Source of the DNA: Mobula birostris
Lineage: Eukaryota
Assembly: GCF_030028105.1 (NCBI RefSeq)
Contig: NC_092377.1
Span: 157,830,104 to 157,894,103, forward strand
Length of the DNA stretch: 64,000 nucleotides
Direction of reading: 5' to 3'
Shown: piece after piece, positions 1 through 13,200 of the stretch
Position numbering within the stretch: the first letter of the stretch is position 1
How the letters are laid out: every line of letters starts with the position of its first letter
Position numbers and translations under genes: made by a program
The notes under the pieces: generated by a model
Databases searched by the model: none
Told to the model about the DNA's origin: nothing
What the model saw: only the letters and a program-made list of their open reading frames with translations

Positions 1-334
1 AACCACAGCACAGTGGGAAGAGTCTTGGATCCTCTGATTATTGGATAAAAAGCAAATGAGCTGGAGATTCCCAGCAGGTCATGCAGCACCTGGGGAGAAT
101 AAAACAAATATTTCTGATCCATGATCAGTCATCAGCAGCACTTGCATTTTTATTTTGGTTTTCCAACATCTGCAGGTTTCTATTGCTTTTCATGCCCTTT
201 TGGGAAGGGAGACTGAAGGGCCAGTTGCCACACCCTCTGGTGGAGGGAAGATAGTGGGGTCAGATGCCCCAGGAGATTGTAGGGTCAGAGGTTCAACTTT
301 CAAGACTGAAACTGACAGATTCCTGGATATTGGA

Positions 335-725
335 GCGATCATACGACCACAAGACGCAGGAGCAGAATTGGGTCAATCAACTCATCAAGTCTGCTCTGCC
401 ATTCCATTATGGCTGATTTATTATCCCTCTCAACCCCATTCCCCTGCCTTTTCCCTGTAATCTTTGACAATAAAGGATCTGTAAAGCTTTGCTTTAAATA
501 TACACGATGACTTGCTATCCACATCCATCAATGGCAATGAATTCCACAGATTCACTACTCTCTGGCTAAAGAAATTTCTCAACTCTGTTCTAAAGGGATG
601 TCCTTGTGATCTGAGGCAATCAAGGTATACGAGGATTGGGCAAGAAAGCACGTTGAGTTAAATAATCAGTTATGATCTATAGAGTGGCAGAACAACCTTA
701 AGGGGCTGAATGGCTGCTAGTTCTA
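335..725 (-). mobile_element. CR1 LINE 3' fragments
   Basis: FFSQRVVNLWNSLP in ORF 430-651; CR1-type 3' tail. Confidence 0.8.
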
Positions 726-986
726 CATCTTATACTATTCCCCACATCAAACCATGACACACTGTATCTGACAGTGCTATGACTCAGAACCTAATATGAT
801 AGAACAGTGCAGGAACTAAGGCATTCAAAGCTAATTTAATTTTTTACTCTTCTGTGTATACAAATGACATTACTCCCCTTCCCCTATCGAAACGTAATCC
901 GGACGCCCTGGTTGGAATCAGGAAAGCAAAGGTAGAAGGGAAAAAAAAAAGAGATGCATTGTGAAAAAGAACAAGTGAAGCTGTAC

Positions 987-1228
987 CTGGAGTGGATTGG
1001 TAGCTCTGAGTTTAGGACACAGGAGGCGATGCTGAACTGCTCCAGGAATAACTTCAGCCGGTAACATTTGTCAATAGAGTTCACAAAAATAATAGTCTTG
1101 CCTCGGATAAGGGAAAGTTTGAGTAATGTGTAGATCAGCAGGAACTTCTCTTCCTCCTCACAATTTATGCGGTACTGAGTCAGTTGGGAGCTGTCTGGAA
1201 GTTGAGACTCCTGAAGCTTCAGAACCAC
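987..1228 (-). CDS. DDX56: DDX56 exon 6; further exons lie left of the window
   Basis: 242 nt; tttAG|GTG ... TCCAG|GTACAG; [12 protein letters not shown]...[23 protein letters not shown]...[21 protein letters not shown]. Confidence 0.96.
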
Positions 1229-1993
1229 CTAAAGGATATAAGATGACATTACAGCAACACATCACAGCCACAGTCTAACTTTGTCACCTTACAAATGTGA
1301 TGAATTTAACCAAGAGTAGACAAGAGTCAAAATAGTCAAAATAAATTTACTATCGAAGTAAAAATGTGCTACTATATACTACTTGGAGATTAATTTTCTT
1401 GCAAGCATCTACAAGAAATATAATCTATGGAAAACTATGCAAGACAAAGATTGACAAACAACCAATGTACAAAAGGAAAACCACAAATAATACTGAGAAC
1501 ATGAGTTATAAAGAGTCTGTATGTTATAGAATCAGTTAATTGAAGTTATTCACATCAATTACGAAGCCTGATAGCCAAATGCCAATGGAGAGAATATAAT
1601 TTGCTTGCTTATTCGTGAATAAATGACTGATTCCTATTGCACAGTCTGTGTCCAAGAGGAACCATTTATATTTGTAAGAATTGTTTAAATTATCAGGACA
1701 CCTCACAAAGACTTTCTAACACGTAAAACTCCAAAAATAGGTAGAGATGGCTGCTAAATGGTTCAATATTCAACATCAAACTGCCTTAAGGCCAAGTGAA
1801 ACTGTCCTAACACCCAGCCCTTCCCCTTCATAAGAGACTAATGGAATATCTACTGTTCATCCAAAAAAGCAGACAGCATACACCAGATCTGAGTGTGGAA
1901 GCGAACTTCACATATCTGAAATTCTGGGTCATCCGTATTACCACCACTGAAACAAGGCCAACAAGATGGTCAAGTAGTTTATAGAATTCTTAC

Positions 1994-2084
1994 CGGGTTA
2001 TGAAGTACCAGCTCTTTCAGTGCCTGAACGTCTTCATTAAATGTGGCCGACATCAAGAATGCCTGATAAATCTTCGGAAGGTGT
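1994..2084 (-). CDS. DDX56: DDX56 exon 5 (motif III SAT)
   Basis: 91 nt; ttgcAG|ACACCTT ... CCG|GTAAGA; HLPKIYQAFLMSATFNEDVQALKELVLHNP. Phases are consistent with exons 4 and 6. Confidence 0.96.
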
Positions 2085-2904
2085 CTGCAAGAAGTGAGAA
2101 TAAACCAGACAGGTATAAATTCCATAGTCCACACTGCCTGGGGGTTACATGTCACATCTTCTCTAACACTAATGACTTGCTGAAAACATATCGAAGGTCC
2201 ATGTTGTAGGAGAAACAATAATGAGGGCTGATAACTAGCAAATAGGGATGTGGATTGTGCTAATATGGTTAACAGGGAAACACAGACAAAGCCTAGAAGT
2301 ACAGCCATGGAATGCAGTAGTGACAACATGCAAGTTTCCAGAACTTCATTAATTTTGTTACAGTGTTCAAAATAAATTTATTATCGAAGTAAATATGTCA
2401 CCATATACAACCGAGATACATTTCCTTGTGTGCATACTCCATAAATCCATAATAGAATAATAACCATTAATAGAATCAATGAAAGACCGCACCAACGGGA
2501 CATTCAACCAGTGTGCAAAACACAACAAACTGTGCAACTACAAATAGAAAGAAATAAAGTAATTTAGCACTGAATATTGAGAATATAAGATGGAGAATGC
2601 TTGAAAATGAGTCCATAGGTCATGCACCCATTGTTGTAGTAGAAAACTGGATTTACCGTTAGACCCGAGAATAATAATTTTATTCTGTAACCAGGACCTA
2701 GTCTGTTACTTAATTAAGTCTTCCTGTAGTCATCGTTCTGTTATCAAAATGCAGTCTTATTGGCAAGCTCATCAACTGAGAATGTAAAAGCTGTACCAAA
2801 TTCATGCTCAGCTAAATCATCTTTGACTGGTCTCCCGGTGTGCACACCAGTTTTTTTTTAATAAATCACCTGTTATTTTGAACACCAAGTCTTTGTGATC
2901 TTTC

Positions 2905-3730
2905 AGTTTGCTCCTACAATCCGGTACCCAGCCAAACACACTTCATACATTAACCCTCTCATTCCCAGGATCATTCTCATAAACCTCCTATGGACCAACT
3001 CCAATGCCAACACATCCTTTCTTAGATTATGGGACTCAAATGCCCCAAGACCTTATAAAGCCTCAGCATTGCATCTTTGCTTTTATATTCCAGTCTTATT
3101 GTGTTTGCCTTCCTTACCACCAACTCCAACTGCAAGTTAACCGTTAGGGAATCCTACATGAGGACTCCCAAGTCCTTTGCACCTTCAATTTCTGAATTTT
3201 CTCCCCTTATAGAAAATTATCTGCACCTTTATACCTGCTAAAAAGTGCATCACCATACATTCCCTACACTGTATTCAAAATGCAATGTCTTTGCCCATTC
3301 TCCTATTCTGCATGTTCTTCTGCAGGCCCTCTGCTTCCTCAACATTACCTGTCTCTCCATCCATCTTTGTATCATCCTCGAACATGGGCACAAACCATCC
3401 ATTCCATCACCCAGATCATTAACCTTTATCATGAAAGAACCAGATCCAACCCCAACCCCTGCAGACCCACACTAGTCACCAGCAGCCGAATAGAAAAGGT
3501 CCCCACATTCTTTGCCTTCTGCCAGTCAGCCAATCTTCTATCTATGCTGCCATCTTTCCTGAGCCTCTGCCTTGCTTAGCAGCCTCATGCACAGCACCTT
3601 GTCAAAGATCTTCTGAAAATCCAAGTAAATAACATTTACTGACACTTCTCTGTCAATCTTGCCTATTATTTCCTCAAAGAATTCCAACAGATTTGTCAGG
3701 AAAGATATTCCTTTCGGAAAACTATGCTGA
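2905..3730 (-). mobile_element. CR1 LINE RT fragment
   Basis: Degenerate YLDFQK, LQ.D..R.GEWA and 3' RT segments on the minus strand. Confidence 0.75.
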
Positions 3731-4077
3731 CAATGAGCACAAAAATTCGGACTTCTGTCCCCAAGAGGGTGGAACTGATGAAGGCATGGCCTTAGGGAGA
3801 AGTTAAGAGAGGCAGTGTTCAGTCAGTCAGTCATAAAGAATTTGATGACACAGTCCTGAAGTGCACCAGTAGATGGAGCCAGACATCTTCGCAATCATTT
3901 ATTCCATACTCATTATTAAAATGAAAGCTTACTTGGTCATTATCACATTACTGTTTGAGAGTTGTTTACAAACACCATTGCTCTATTCCCAACACAGGTG
4001 ACAACACTCAAAACAAAATGCACAACAGTTGTAAAGTACTTTGAGACATCCTGCAAAGCAGATTAAAGGCATTATAT

Positions 4078-4858
4078 TCAAGATTCAAGTTCACTTATCA
4101 AGTTTAATTGTCATTCAACCATACATGAAAACCGATGAAAGCAGCCAAATGAAACAGTGCTCCTCTAGGGCCAAAGTGCAAAACGCAGTACCAACATTCA
4201 CACACAGGAAAAACCACATATAGCGCATATGATAGCAAGCACATATGAGATACCAATAAAATACAGTCACACAAAAAAATCGTCCAAGACCTGAGTCCAT
4301 GGATGTTGCTGAAATCTAAAATTGAACACAAATAAACTTGTTTTCTGCTGAGCGAACACTAGGGGACAGCATCTGACTCCAGCTTGGATGCTGTGCCACA
4401 CCACCTCCAGTGGAGGTGAGACTCTGATGCCTCTCCCCTGGGCGGCTGTAAACAGTCAACACCACAGCCTGACGCCTAGTCCTCACTACAACCGAGGCCA
4501 TGCAGCAGCCAATAAACCAGTGAAGTAGACTTGCTGAATTCCACATTAATAATGACCAACAGGGTCTTGTGATCACAAGAAAAGCGACAGACGATCATTA
4601 CTGTCAGACTGCACAGCTCCTTCGCGCATTGACTCCTCAGACGCTTCTCTGCCGCAGGCAGCAGCACAATCCGCACCAAGCCCAGCTCCTTCCATCTCTT
4701 GGCTAACAAGCAACTCGCTGATGGGCTGCTGTACTTTTAAATTCTTAATATCCAGCAGGGTCTTGTAATCGTAAAAAATCAAGCTTAAAAAGGACAGTAA
4801 CACCTTTGGTCAAGCCCGTAGAAGCTGCTGCGATTGAGCGCACCACCATCTTATCGGA
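4078..4858 (-). mobile_element. Internally deleted (bipartite) Rex1-like element
   Basis: 5' end AAGATGGTG plus YDYKTLLDI-like leader, joined to a 3' tail similar to that at 5215-5300. Confidence 0.6.
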
Positions 4859-5214
4859 AGATCTTACCTTATCGTACATCAAAGCAACCGTGAAATGCGT
4901 CATTTGCATTACAACTCCAACACAGCTGAGGGTGTGCTGCACATGTCACCACACACTCTGGCATCAACATAGCAATGCCCACAATGCTTGGCAAAACAAC
5001 ACACACCACAACAAAGCCCCGAAACCTTAAAACCAGCCCACTCCTCCCTCCCACCACAGTCCTCTAAACACAAGACAGTCTCTTTTCTTCAGCCTCCAGC
5101 GGACTCTGATTCGGAATCAGAAATGCAGACACTAGGCCTTCAACTGCCCCAGCCGGCTCGCAGAGATTTGCAGATCCAGGTTCCAATCAATGGGCCATGA
5201 TTTCTGGACTTCAA

Positions 5215-6095
5215 GTCAAGTTCAGCTCAAGTTTATTGTCATTCAACCACATACATGTACAGTGCCAAATGACACAAGATTCCCCCGGCCAAGGTGCACA
5301 ACACAATGTAATATTACTACAAATAATAAAATATATTCCAGAAGATTGACAGTTAAGCACAAGATGCACTTAAGACACAAGTTAAAAAGTAAACATTATA
5401 ACGCGGCTGGCTTTTCATAAGTGATGAGAGCTGGGTGGTGGCAAGGAGTTCAGATGTCTCACAGGCTTGGGGAGGAAGCTGTTTCCCATTCTAACAGGCC
5501 TTGTTCTAATGCCACGGTGCCTCCTGTCTGTTTATAGGGGGTCAAAGAGATGGTGGGAAGGATGGAAGGGATCTTTAACAATACTAAGGGCCCTGTATAT
5601 GAAGCGCTGCTGAAAAATATCTGAAGAGCAGAAGAGTTCCCCTCAGCAGTCCTTTGTCGGGTCTTTCAGTCGGAAGTCCTCCATCTCCCGTACCGGACAG
5701 TGATGCGACTGGACAGGACACTCTCAATGGTGCTCCTGTAAAAATTGGTTGGAGTAGTTGGGGGGGGGGGGGGTCGTCCCTTGCCTCATTCTCCACAGGC
5801 AGTGGAGGCACTGCTTGTGCTTTCTTGACCAACAAGGTGCTGTTGATGCACCTGGTGAAAGCATCCATTATGTGCACTCCCAGAAAGCTGGTGCTCCTCT
5901 CTCTGCAGACAAGCCATTTATGCGCAGTGAGGAGTGGTCAGCCTGCATCTTCCTAAAGTCCAGAATCATCCCTGTAGTCTTGTCGTACTCGCACCATTCT
6001 ACAAGTAGCTCTACCACCACTCTGTACACTGTCTTATTATTGTTGTTGATGAGGCCAACCACCGTTGTGTCGTCAGCGAACCTGATGATTTGACC
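5215..6095 (-). mobile_element. Rex1/Babar 3' fragment (DDX56 intron 4)
   Basis: [14 protein letters not shown]; 3' tail with AATGACAATAAA. Confidence 0.8.
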
Positions 6096-7092
6096 CGATA
6101 TGTAAGAGACAGTTGTCATTTATAACTTGTTGGGGACTGCTCTGAAATTATTACGTTAATTGTTTTATCTGTACCAGGCCTTTAACCAGAAGTTCTTGCG
6201 TTACCTTGCCATGTTCTTTCCACGTATAGAGCCAGTCATACAGCACAACTGGTCTGGGCTGGTCAAGCACCCACTTACACTAATCCTATATAAATCCCAT
6301 CCTAAATCGACTGAATGTCATAAATTTGCAACTGAATGTTCCAGGTGGAGACCGTCTGTGGGAGAATCTTTCCACCACCAGACTCCAGATCGCCTACCCA
6401 CAATGTTCAGCAGAGCAACACATACAGCAGTAAGAATAGAATTAAATAAGACACTAACAGTAAAATAAGTCCACCCCCCACTCTCTCACTCTTACAGACA
6501 GTCCTCCCACCCCAGGTCAGGCTGCCTCCAGGTCCCCAGTCTTTGGCCCTGGACTCTCAAGACTCACAGTCTCGACCTTTGGGTCTCTATCTCCATTCAT
6601 GTTGACTTTCTGGCTTTTAACCTCCAGCCTTGCTGAACTCTGGACTCCAGACTTGGTCGAACTCCGGGTCTCAACCCCAGTACTCGGTCTGGTTTGGATT
6701 TTGACCTTCGGGCCTTGACTGACGTGACCTCCAGGGTGGCTGACTTTGGGAGCACTTTGGGCCTTGACTTGCAGATTCACATGCAGGATGAATGGTGGCA
6801 CGTGCAGGCTGCCCCCAACACCTCCTCGGGTGTGTTTGTTGTTAATGCAAACGATGTGCTTCGATGTACATGTGGGAAGTAAACCTTAATCCAGGGCAGC
6901 TTCTATTCTCATAAGACAAACTCTTGTTCTTGCAAACTACCTCGCCAGGGCCCCTTGCAGTTTGTTTATTTATTTACTTGAAATTTATTTCTTTACCTGC
7001 ACCTTCTCCGTAGCTACAACTACGATATATTCTGTATTCCCTTTTCATCTTTATTACTTCAATAATCTTATGGATGGCATGATCTTACCGAC

Positions 7093-7560
7093 GTGTGGCG
7101 GGGTGGAGATGTGTCTCCACCAAAGGAGGTGTAAGGCGCTCCTTCCCTCTACTAGCCTGCCGGTCACCCTTGGGCAAGGTGTAGCACCTGCTTGGCTCCC
7201 TCCCCACCCATCAGTGTCAGGTGAAGTCATGGAAGCAGGCGGTGGATGGTCGTATGAGCAGCTGGTGCATATCACAAGTCCTGGTTATGTGACCACTGAC
7301 GCCAGGCAGAAGATCACTGAAGAGTAAGGCGCGAGTCCTAATGATGGGTCTCAGGGCGAAACATCAACTGCTTACTCTTTTCCACAGATGTTGCCTGGCC
7401 TGCTGAGCTCTTCCAACATTTTGTGTGTGTTGCTTCAATCTCTAAAGGGTGTTGAAAATGACTGGGGTCACGCATCTCTGTAAAGGCACTGCACAGAAGG
7501 CGGCAATGACACTTCCACAGAAAAATTTGCCAAGAACAATCATGGTCATGGATGGACGAT
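7093..7560 (+). mobile_element. RTE-related non-autonomous element (copies at 11890-12235(-) and 50140-50355)
   Basis: Three similar copies in the window; GAAGGCGGCAATG(GCAAACC)ACTT motif typical of RTE/BovB-type ends; this copy is interrupted by a Penelope pLTR piece at about 7325-7435. Confidence 0.65.
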
Positions 7561-8023
7561 GATCACCTACACCACACTTCCACAACCTGGATCAACACGT
7601 TGACATCGTGTACAGGCTTGCGTGCTTCAAGGATTTCATCAGGCGATAGCAACTCAGGGCCACCCATGTTGGAACAGCTGTGGACGAGATGCCAGACCAA
7701 GATTGATCCAACCCTGGCTCCCAAAAGGACAGACTCCAGGCCACACTTCATCATTTGTCAAAAAACCAGCTGGAAGTGTGAAAAGAAAACCACCTGCCAT
7801 ACTAAACAACAACAATCTACATCATACGGCACGGCACATAATGAAGGTGATGATCTTACTCAATGGCACATTCATACACGTTCATTTTAAGTCAATAGGT
7901 GTAACAATAATTGAAAGAAGGTAATCTGTAAGGGCAAACTGAAAGATAAATCTATTTTCAGATAAATATACCAACATAAATAGAAATCCCGTCAAGAAAA
8001 AAAACTCAAAATTAGTTTCTTAC

Positions 8024-8194
8024 CCCAGAAGGTTCTTCAGGTCATTTTCAAACCCAAATGAGAAGAGTAGATCTGCCTCATCGATCACAAGCATTTCCAG
8101 GGAGGTACAAAGACTCAGCGTGTGCTGTTCCACGTGCAGCAGAACGCGGGAGGGGGTGCCAATGACTATATCAGGCTTCTCCATTAATATGGGC
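8024..8194 (-). CDS. DDX56: DDX56 exon 4 (DEAD box)
   Basis: 171 nt after a 90-nt intron; PILMEKPDIVIGTPSR...VIDEADLLFSFGFENDLKNLL; donor GG|GTAAGA. Confidence 0.96.
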
Positions 8195-8284
8195 CTGAAA
8201 GAGAGAACCAGTATTGAAAAGGGCCACGCGACAAGGTACAAACAGGAGGAAGTCCTCACAGACAAACACTCATTTTTCTTCTAC

Positions 8285-8439
8285 CTCTGTGCTGATATAT
8301 CCGCCTGCCCCGAGACGTCAGCCACTCGAACGTCCCACGTGCAATAGGCTGTAAGTTGTCGGATCATTTGCTGCACTTGCTGACCCAGCTCCTTCGTGGG
8401 AACCAACACAAGGGCTCGCACCGCCTGCTCGCAAGTGGA
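8285..8439 (-). CDS. DDX56: DDX56 exon 3 (motif Ia PTKEL)
   Basis: 155 nt; ctcAG|TCC ... CAGAG|GTAG. STCEQAVRALVLVPTKELGQQVQQMIRQLTAYCTWDVRVADVSGQADISAQ. Confidence 0.95.
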
Positions 8440-10220
8440 CTGAGGAGAGACACAGGGTTTAAGAAAGTCCAGCTCTGTCACAAACATCACTGATACTTCA
8501 GTCAAATACAAATCGGTTCCTGTCTGACATGTTGACCCATGACCTCCACATGCCAAAATGAGACCTATTTCAGGGCAGAGGAGTAACATCTTATCTTTTA
8601 TATTCAATACCTCATAATCTATTTTCATTCCTGACGGTATGAATATAGAGTCCTCTTTCCAGTAAACAAACTACACCCCATCAGTTCCCCACTCTGACCT
8701 TTTAACACTTCTCACCTGCTATTACTTCCCCCATGTCCCCTCCTCCTTTCCTTTCTCTGATGGTCCACTCTCCTCTCAGATTCCTTCATCTCCAGCCCTT
8801 GACCTTTCCCACCCACTTGGCTTTACCTATCAACTTCCAGCTAGCCTCCAGTCCCTCCCCCCATCTTTTAATTCTGGCATTTACCCCCCACCTTCCTTCT
8901 CACTCCTGAAGAAGGGAATCAGCTTGAAATGTCAACTGTTTACTTATTTCCACAGATGCTGCCAGCCCTGCTGAGTTCCTCCAGCATTTTGTGTGTGTGT
9001 TGCTTTGGATTTGCAGCATCTGCTGACTTCGTGTTTATATCCTGTCCATCCACACTGTTATTAATCAGCTTCCCCATGGCAGCAAGTGGATTCAGCAGCA
9101 CCTCACCAGCAAGAATATTACACAGAGTGAGGAATTTATACATTGTGATCATGCACAAAATTCAGAATAACCTTAGTGTTTATTTCTGACACGTACAACA
9201 AAATATACAGTGAAATGCATCATTTGTATCCAATCAAATCAGCAAAAATTGTGCTGGGCAGCCCACAGGTGTCACAGACTTCTGGCATCAACGTGGCGTG
9301 CGCACAACTCACCACCCTAACCGTCCACCTTTAGAACATGGGAGGAAACTGGAGAAGTCGGAGGTAATGCACGCGATCACGTGGAGAACATGCAGACTCC
9401 TTACAGGCAGCGATGGGAATCGAACTCTGATCTCATGGCTGGCTGATGTAAAGCACTGCGTTAACTGCTACGCTACAAAGCCGCCAGCCAAACTTGACAC
9501 TGAGGAGGACTCATGCTACTCCACTCCCCACACAGTTGCTGAGCTAACGCCCAGCAATCTCCAGAGTGGGAGAATGCAAATCATAAAACAGCCAAGTGCA
9601 GTTGCACTTCCTTTTCTATCCAAAGACAACTCATTGCCTGTGTACTTGTCTGGAATTTGACCCAATGCTTCAAAGGAGCACGCCTAGGAAACACACATTA
9701 AATTGGTCACACTGGGCTGTATTAGGGTGAGTGGGAAAAGAGCTCCCCTTCCTTTTGCTCTAGTGACCTAAGCCAACGTGTGGCTCCGTGGCATCTCTCT
9801 GCCACTCTGGCTTACAGAACTCTCCGTCTCTTTCGTCTTGCCTTCCACTCGCAAGAGAGAGCTGCTATGGCCGGCGTGCCCGTCCCAGCTCTCTCGGGTC
9901 CTGTTGTCACGGCTGCGCCATCCCCCGTTGAGCCGCGTCTGCTGAGTCGGGCTTGCACCCCCGCCGCTCCGTTGAGGTTGTCGCTTGTGTTGCTCTGACG
10001 GCCTTGCCGTGTTGGCGCCAGAATATATGGTGACACTCGTGGGCTGATCCCAGCACACCCTTGGGTGTGCTGGTTTTTAAAGGAAACAGCACACTTCTCA
10101 GTATGTTTCGTTGTACGTGCAGTTGGTAAATCAGAATCTGAACAGAGACAAATTCGGACCCTTCAACTTGAAAGACAGAGACTATTTAAGAGCAAATGGG
10201 ACAAACGTGGGAGAGATTAC

Positions 10221-10382
10221 CTTTTTAGTGTTGAGAAGATGTTCGATGATGGGAATGGCATAGGCTGCAGTTTTACCAGACCCAGTGCGTGCCCTGGCCA
10301 GTAGATCTTTCCCCTCCAGTGCCAGAGGAATGGCCTTTTCCTGAATTAGAGTAGGCTGCGCCCAGTTCAGTTTGGCAATGGC
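10221..10382 (-). CDS. DDX56: DDX56 exon 2 (Q motif, Walker A)
   Basis: 162 nt, AG/GT bounded. Translates [54 protein letters not shown]. Confidence 0.96.
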
Positions 10383-11048
10383 CTAAGTATTTTTTTGAGG
10401 GTGGGAAAAACACAAGGTTGCACAACATTTGGTCATAAATACAATGCTTTCAACTCTCCCCTGTGTGTCCTTGCCTCTTCTCAACCCCGCTCCCTTTGCA
10501 CCAGCATCATCTCCCTTGACCTACCAGGCATCTTATCACTCCTCTCCAACCCCATCACAGGATATCATGCCCATAAACGTCCCAACATTAATATATCCCT
10601 CCTCTTTCAAACAATTTCTACCTTTTGCTACCATTCTCTCAACAAGCCCCCACCTGCTCAACCTCTTTCTCCAAGCACCCTTCCCACCTCTTCCCGATGT
10701 GCCCCTCCAAAGTCCAAAGCTTCCTTACTGCCCGCCTCACCAATCTGACCCCAGATCTAGTGTTATCCCTGGCCACTGCCCCTGCAGACGAATTGTGTAT
10801 GTCCCCAGCACCTACGCTGTGACAGGCAGGGCTGAGAAAAACAAAAAGGGAAAAAAAAGAACTAAATCCACATAAAATCAAACCTCTCCCTTGGCCTGCG
10901 CTCTCACCCCAATGAAAACTCTTGTTTCTCCTCCCTTTCTTCTTCCTTCTCTTCCCTCCCTCTTCTCCTTCCCCTTCCCTCCTCGCCATCCCCCTCGCCC
11001 CTCTCCTTAAGCCTTCCCTCCTCTCCGTCCCCCGACCTGACCGGTTAC

Positions 11049-11105
11049 CTCGATCAGTCTCTCATCGAGACCCATCTCGTGGAACTCCAGCCTCTCCGTC
11101 GCCAT
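11049..11105 (-). CDS. DDX56: DDX56 coding exon 1 (MATERLEFHEMGLDERLIE)
   Basis: ATG at 11105-11103 in AAGATGGCG context; 57 nt ending at donor GAG|GTAACC. Resembles the DDX56 N-terminus (F-x-x-MGLD-x-RL). Confidence 0.93.
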
Positions 11106-11129
11106 CTTCACGTTGGATGACGTCACGTG
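11099..11129 (-). promoter_or_regulatory. DDX56 proximal motifs: YY1-like site over the ATG, overlapping CRE and E-box
   Basis: AAGATGGCG on minus strand; TGACGTCA 11118-11125; CACGTG 11124-11129; CpG-rich context. Confidence 0.6.
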
Positions 11130-11344
11130 CCCCTTCACCTCTCACCACTCGCACTCAGCATTGCGCACTGCCCCACAGCGGTGGGAAAGTGTAACTGCAG
11201 CCTGCGCCTGACTGCCTTCCCCAACTCCGGGTCAGAGTAATTGTTTAAAGACCACTCGATTTGGTCCTTCCCTCAAGAAAACGTTTAAATTACAGCCTCA
11301 GCGTCCAAAAATAGAATTATTTATCAGTAGAGTCTGCATGGTGT

Positions 11345-11650
11345 GCCACAGTAGCGTAGCAGTTAGCGTAAACGCTTTACATCGCCAGCGATCAGGATTC
11401 AATCCCCGCCTTTGCCTGCAAGGGGTTGTACGTTCGCCCTGTGACTATGTGGGTTTCCTCCAGATGCTCTGGTTTCCTCCCACATTCCAGAAGATTGGGG
11501 TTAGAAAGTTGGGGCATGTTACATTGGTGCAACACTTGTGGGCTGCCCCCAACGCACTGTCTGACTGTGTTGGTCGTTGGCACAAAAGACGGATTTCACG
11601 GTATGTTTCGATGTACATATGCTCATTAAGACTAATTTATTTAAACCTGT
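11345..11650 (+). mobile_element. tRNA-derived V-SINE
   Basis: A/B-box head, V-domain GTGGGTTTCCTCC..TGCTCTGGTTTCCTCCCACA. Other copies at about 9180-9485(-), 38130-38395(-), 52910-53240(+), 59030-59735(-). Confidence 0.8.
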
Positions 11651-11669
11651 ACATTCTATCAAAGATCGT

Positions 11670-11810
11670 CGGCTGGTGGCGCAGTGAGATCAGCGCCGGG
11701 CTCGAGAATGGAGGTTCCCGAGTTCGATCCAGTAACAGACCGCTCCCGAGCGTACTCTCCATCCGTGCCGGGTGGATGTCGAGCTCGCAACTCGACCTCG
11801 TAAAAACAAA
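11670..11810 (+). mobile_element. Short tRNA-headed SINE with RTE-like motif
   Basis: TGGCGCAGTG (A box) and GTTCGATCC (B box), then ...GCAACTCGACCTCGTAAAA. Confidence 0.65.
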
Positions 11811-12530
11811 CACTGCCACCTCCAGTTTAAATATTGTGGACGATTATTGTGGTATCAGTCAATTTAAGATTAATTTGTTCATTATGTAACATGACATGTG
11901 TGTACATGGTCTTTCCATGACTATGATTGTTCTTGGCAAATTTTTCTACATAAGTGGTTTGCCATTGCCTTCTTCTGGGCAGTGTCTTTATCCTCAGAGA
12001 TTGCCTGGTGTCAGTGGTTGCAAAACCAGGACTTGTGATATGCACCAGCTGCTCGTACGACCATCCACCACCTGCTCCCATGGTTTCTCATGACGCTGAT
12101 TGGAAGGGTGTGTGATGGGAGAGTGGAAGCTAAGCAGGTGCTACACCTTGCCCAAGGGTGATCTACAGGGGGCTAGCAGAGCTACAGAGTTCCCTACACC
12201 TCCTTTGGTAGAAACATATCTTCACCCCCTCCCCCATTCTAATTTATTATTGGGAGCTACATAAATGCAGGCAACATTCCTCCATTCAAGCAAAATTCAT
12301 CATAAAATATAAAGCAATGATGGCCTGGCCTCAGCGCCCTCCAAGATCATCTTCTGATCTTGAGTCCAGTCTTGGGCGCAGGTTAAGTTTACTCTCGCTT
12401 CTTCTAGAGGGAGAGAGCTCTGTGATCCACATCTTGCAGTAGAGGACAGCTCAGTTACATCCTCACAAATGTGCATATGGAAGAACCTTTTATGCCAGTC
12501 TGTACAGAAAGTTTGAAGTTAATAACTCAT

Positions 12531-12828
12531 CAGGGGTGATTGATAAGTTGGTGACCTAAGGTAGGAGGAGATGGGTTATTAACTTCAGACTTTCTGCATA
12601 ATCACTCAAAGAGTTGAAATGCATGTGCATGTAAGGAGAGCTGTATAACTCATCTCCTTCTACCATAGGCCACGAACTTATCAATTACTCATCTGTGGAC
12701 ACTATGCTCCACGACCGCTGGACTAAGTGTGTAAATGTAGGAGGGGACTATGTTGAAAAGTAAATGTGCTAGGTTTTCTAAAATTGATTCCTTCGACCTT
12801 AGGCCACAAACTTATCAATCACCCCTTG
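12531..12828. mobile_element. Mariner-type MITE
   Basis: About 31-bp TIR AGGGGTGATTGATAAGTT.GTG.CCTAAGGT at both ends, followed by TA; a third partial TIR at about 12661-12685. Confidence 0.8.
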
Positions 12829-13136
12829 TATATGTTACTATATATTACTTTGAGATGCATTTTCTTGCAGGTATTTACAGGAAAGTAAAGTAATGCACCA
12901 GTATTTATGAAAAACTATACATATGCAAAGACTGACAAATGACCAATGTGCAAAAGAAGACACTGTAACGAGCTCTTTGAGCACAGGAGAGTATTGGGCT
13001 GCAAGGATTTTACGAGCACCTGTCTGTCTGTCTGTGTCTTGTTTTATGGCGGTTGGCACCCAGCTTAATGGTGCATTACCGCCACCTTCTGCTCTGGAAT
13101 GTGCAATAGACGTACATTCTAAATCCCTTCACCCAA

Positions 13137-13137
<1 letters not shown>

Positions 13138-13199
<62 letters not shown>
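13138..13199. repeat. (TC)n(CA)n microsatellite
   Basis: Direct reading. Confidence 0.95.

Positions 13200-13200
<1 letters not shown>

Noticed and set aside
987-11049. Intronic snoRNAs in DDX56
   Set aside because: No convincing C/D box pair with a terminal stem or H/ACA structure seen by eye; an Infernal scan is needed.
10395-11194. Proline-rich ORFs in DDX56 intron 1
   Set aside because: Artefacts of C/T-rich low-complexity sequence.
11670-11745. tRNA gene
   Set aside because: A/B boxes are present but there is no complete cloverleaf; it continues into a SINE body.
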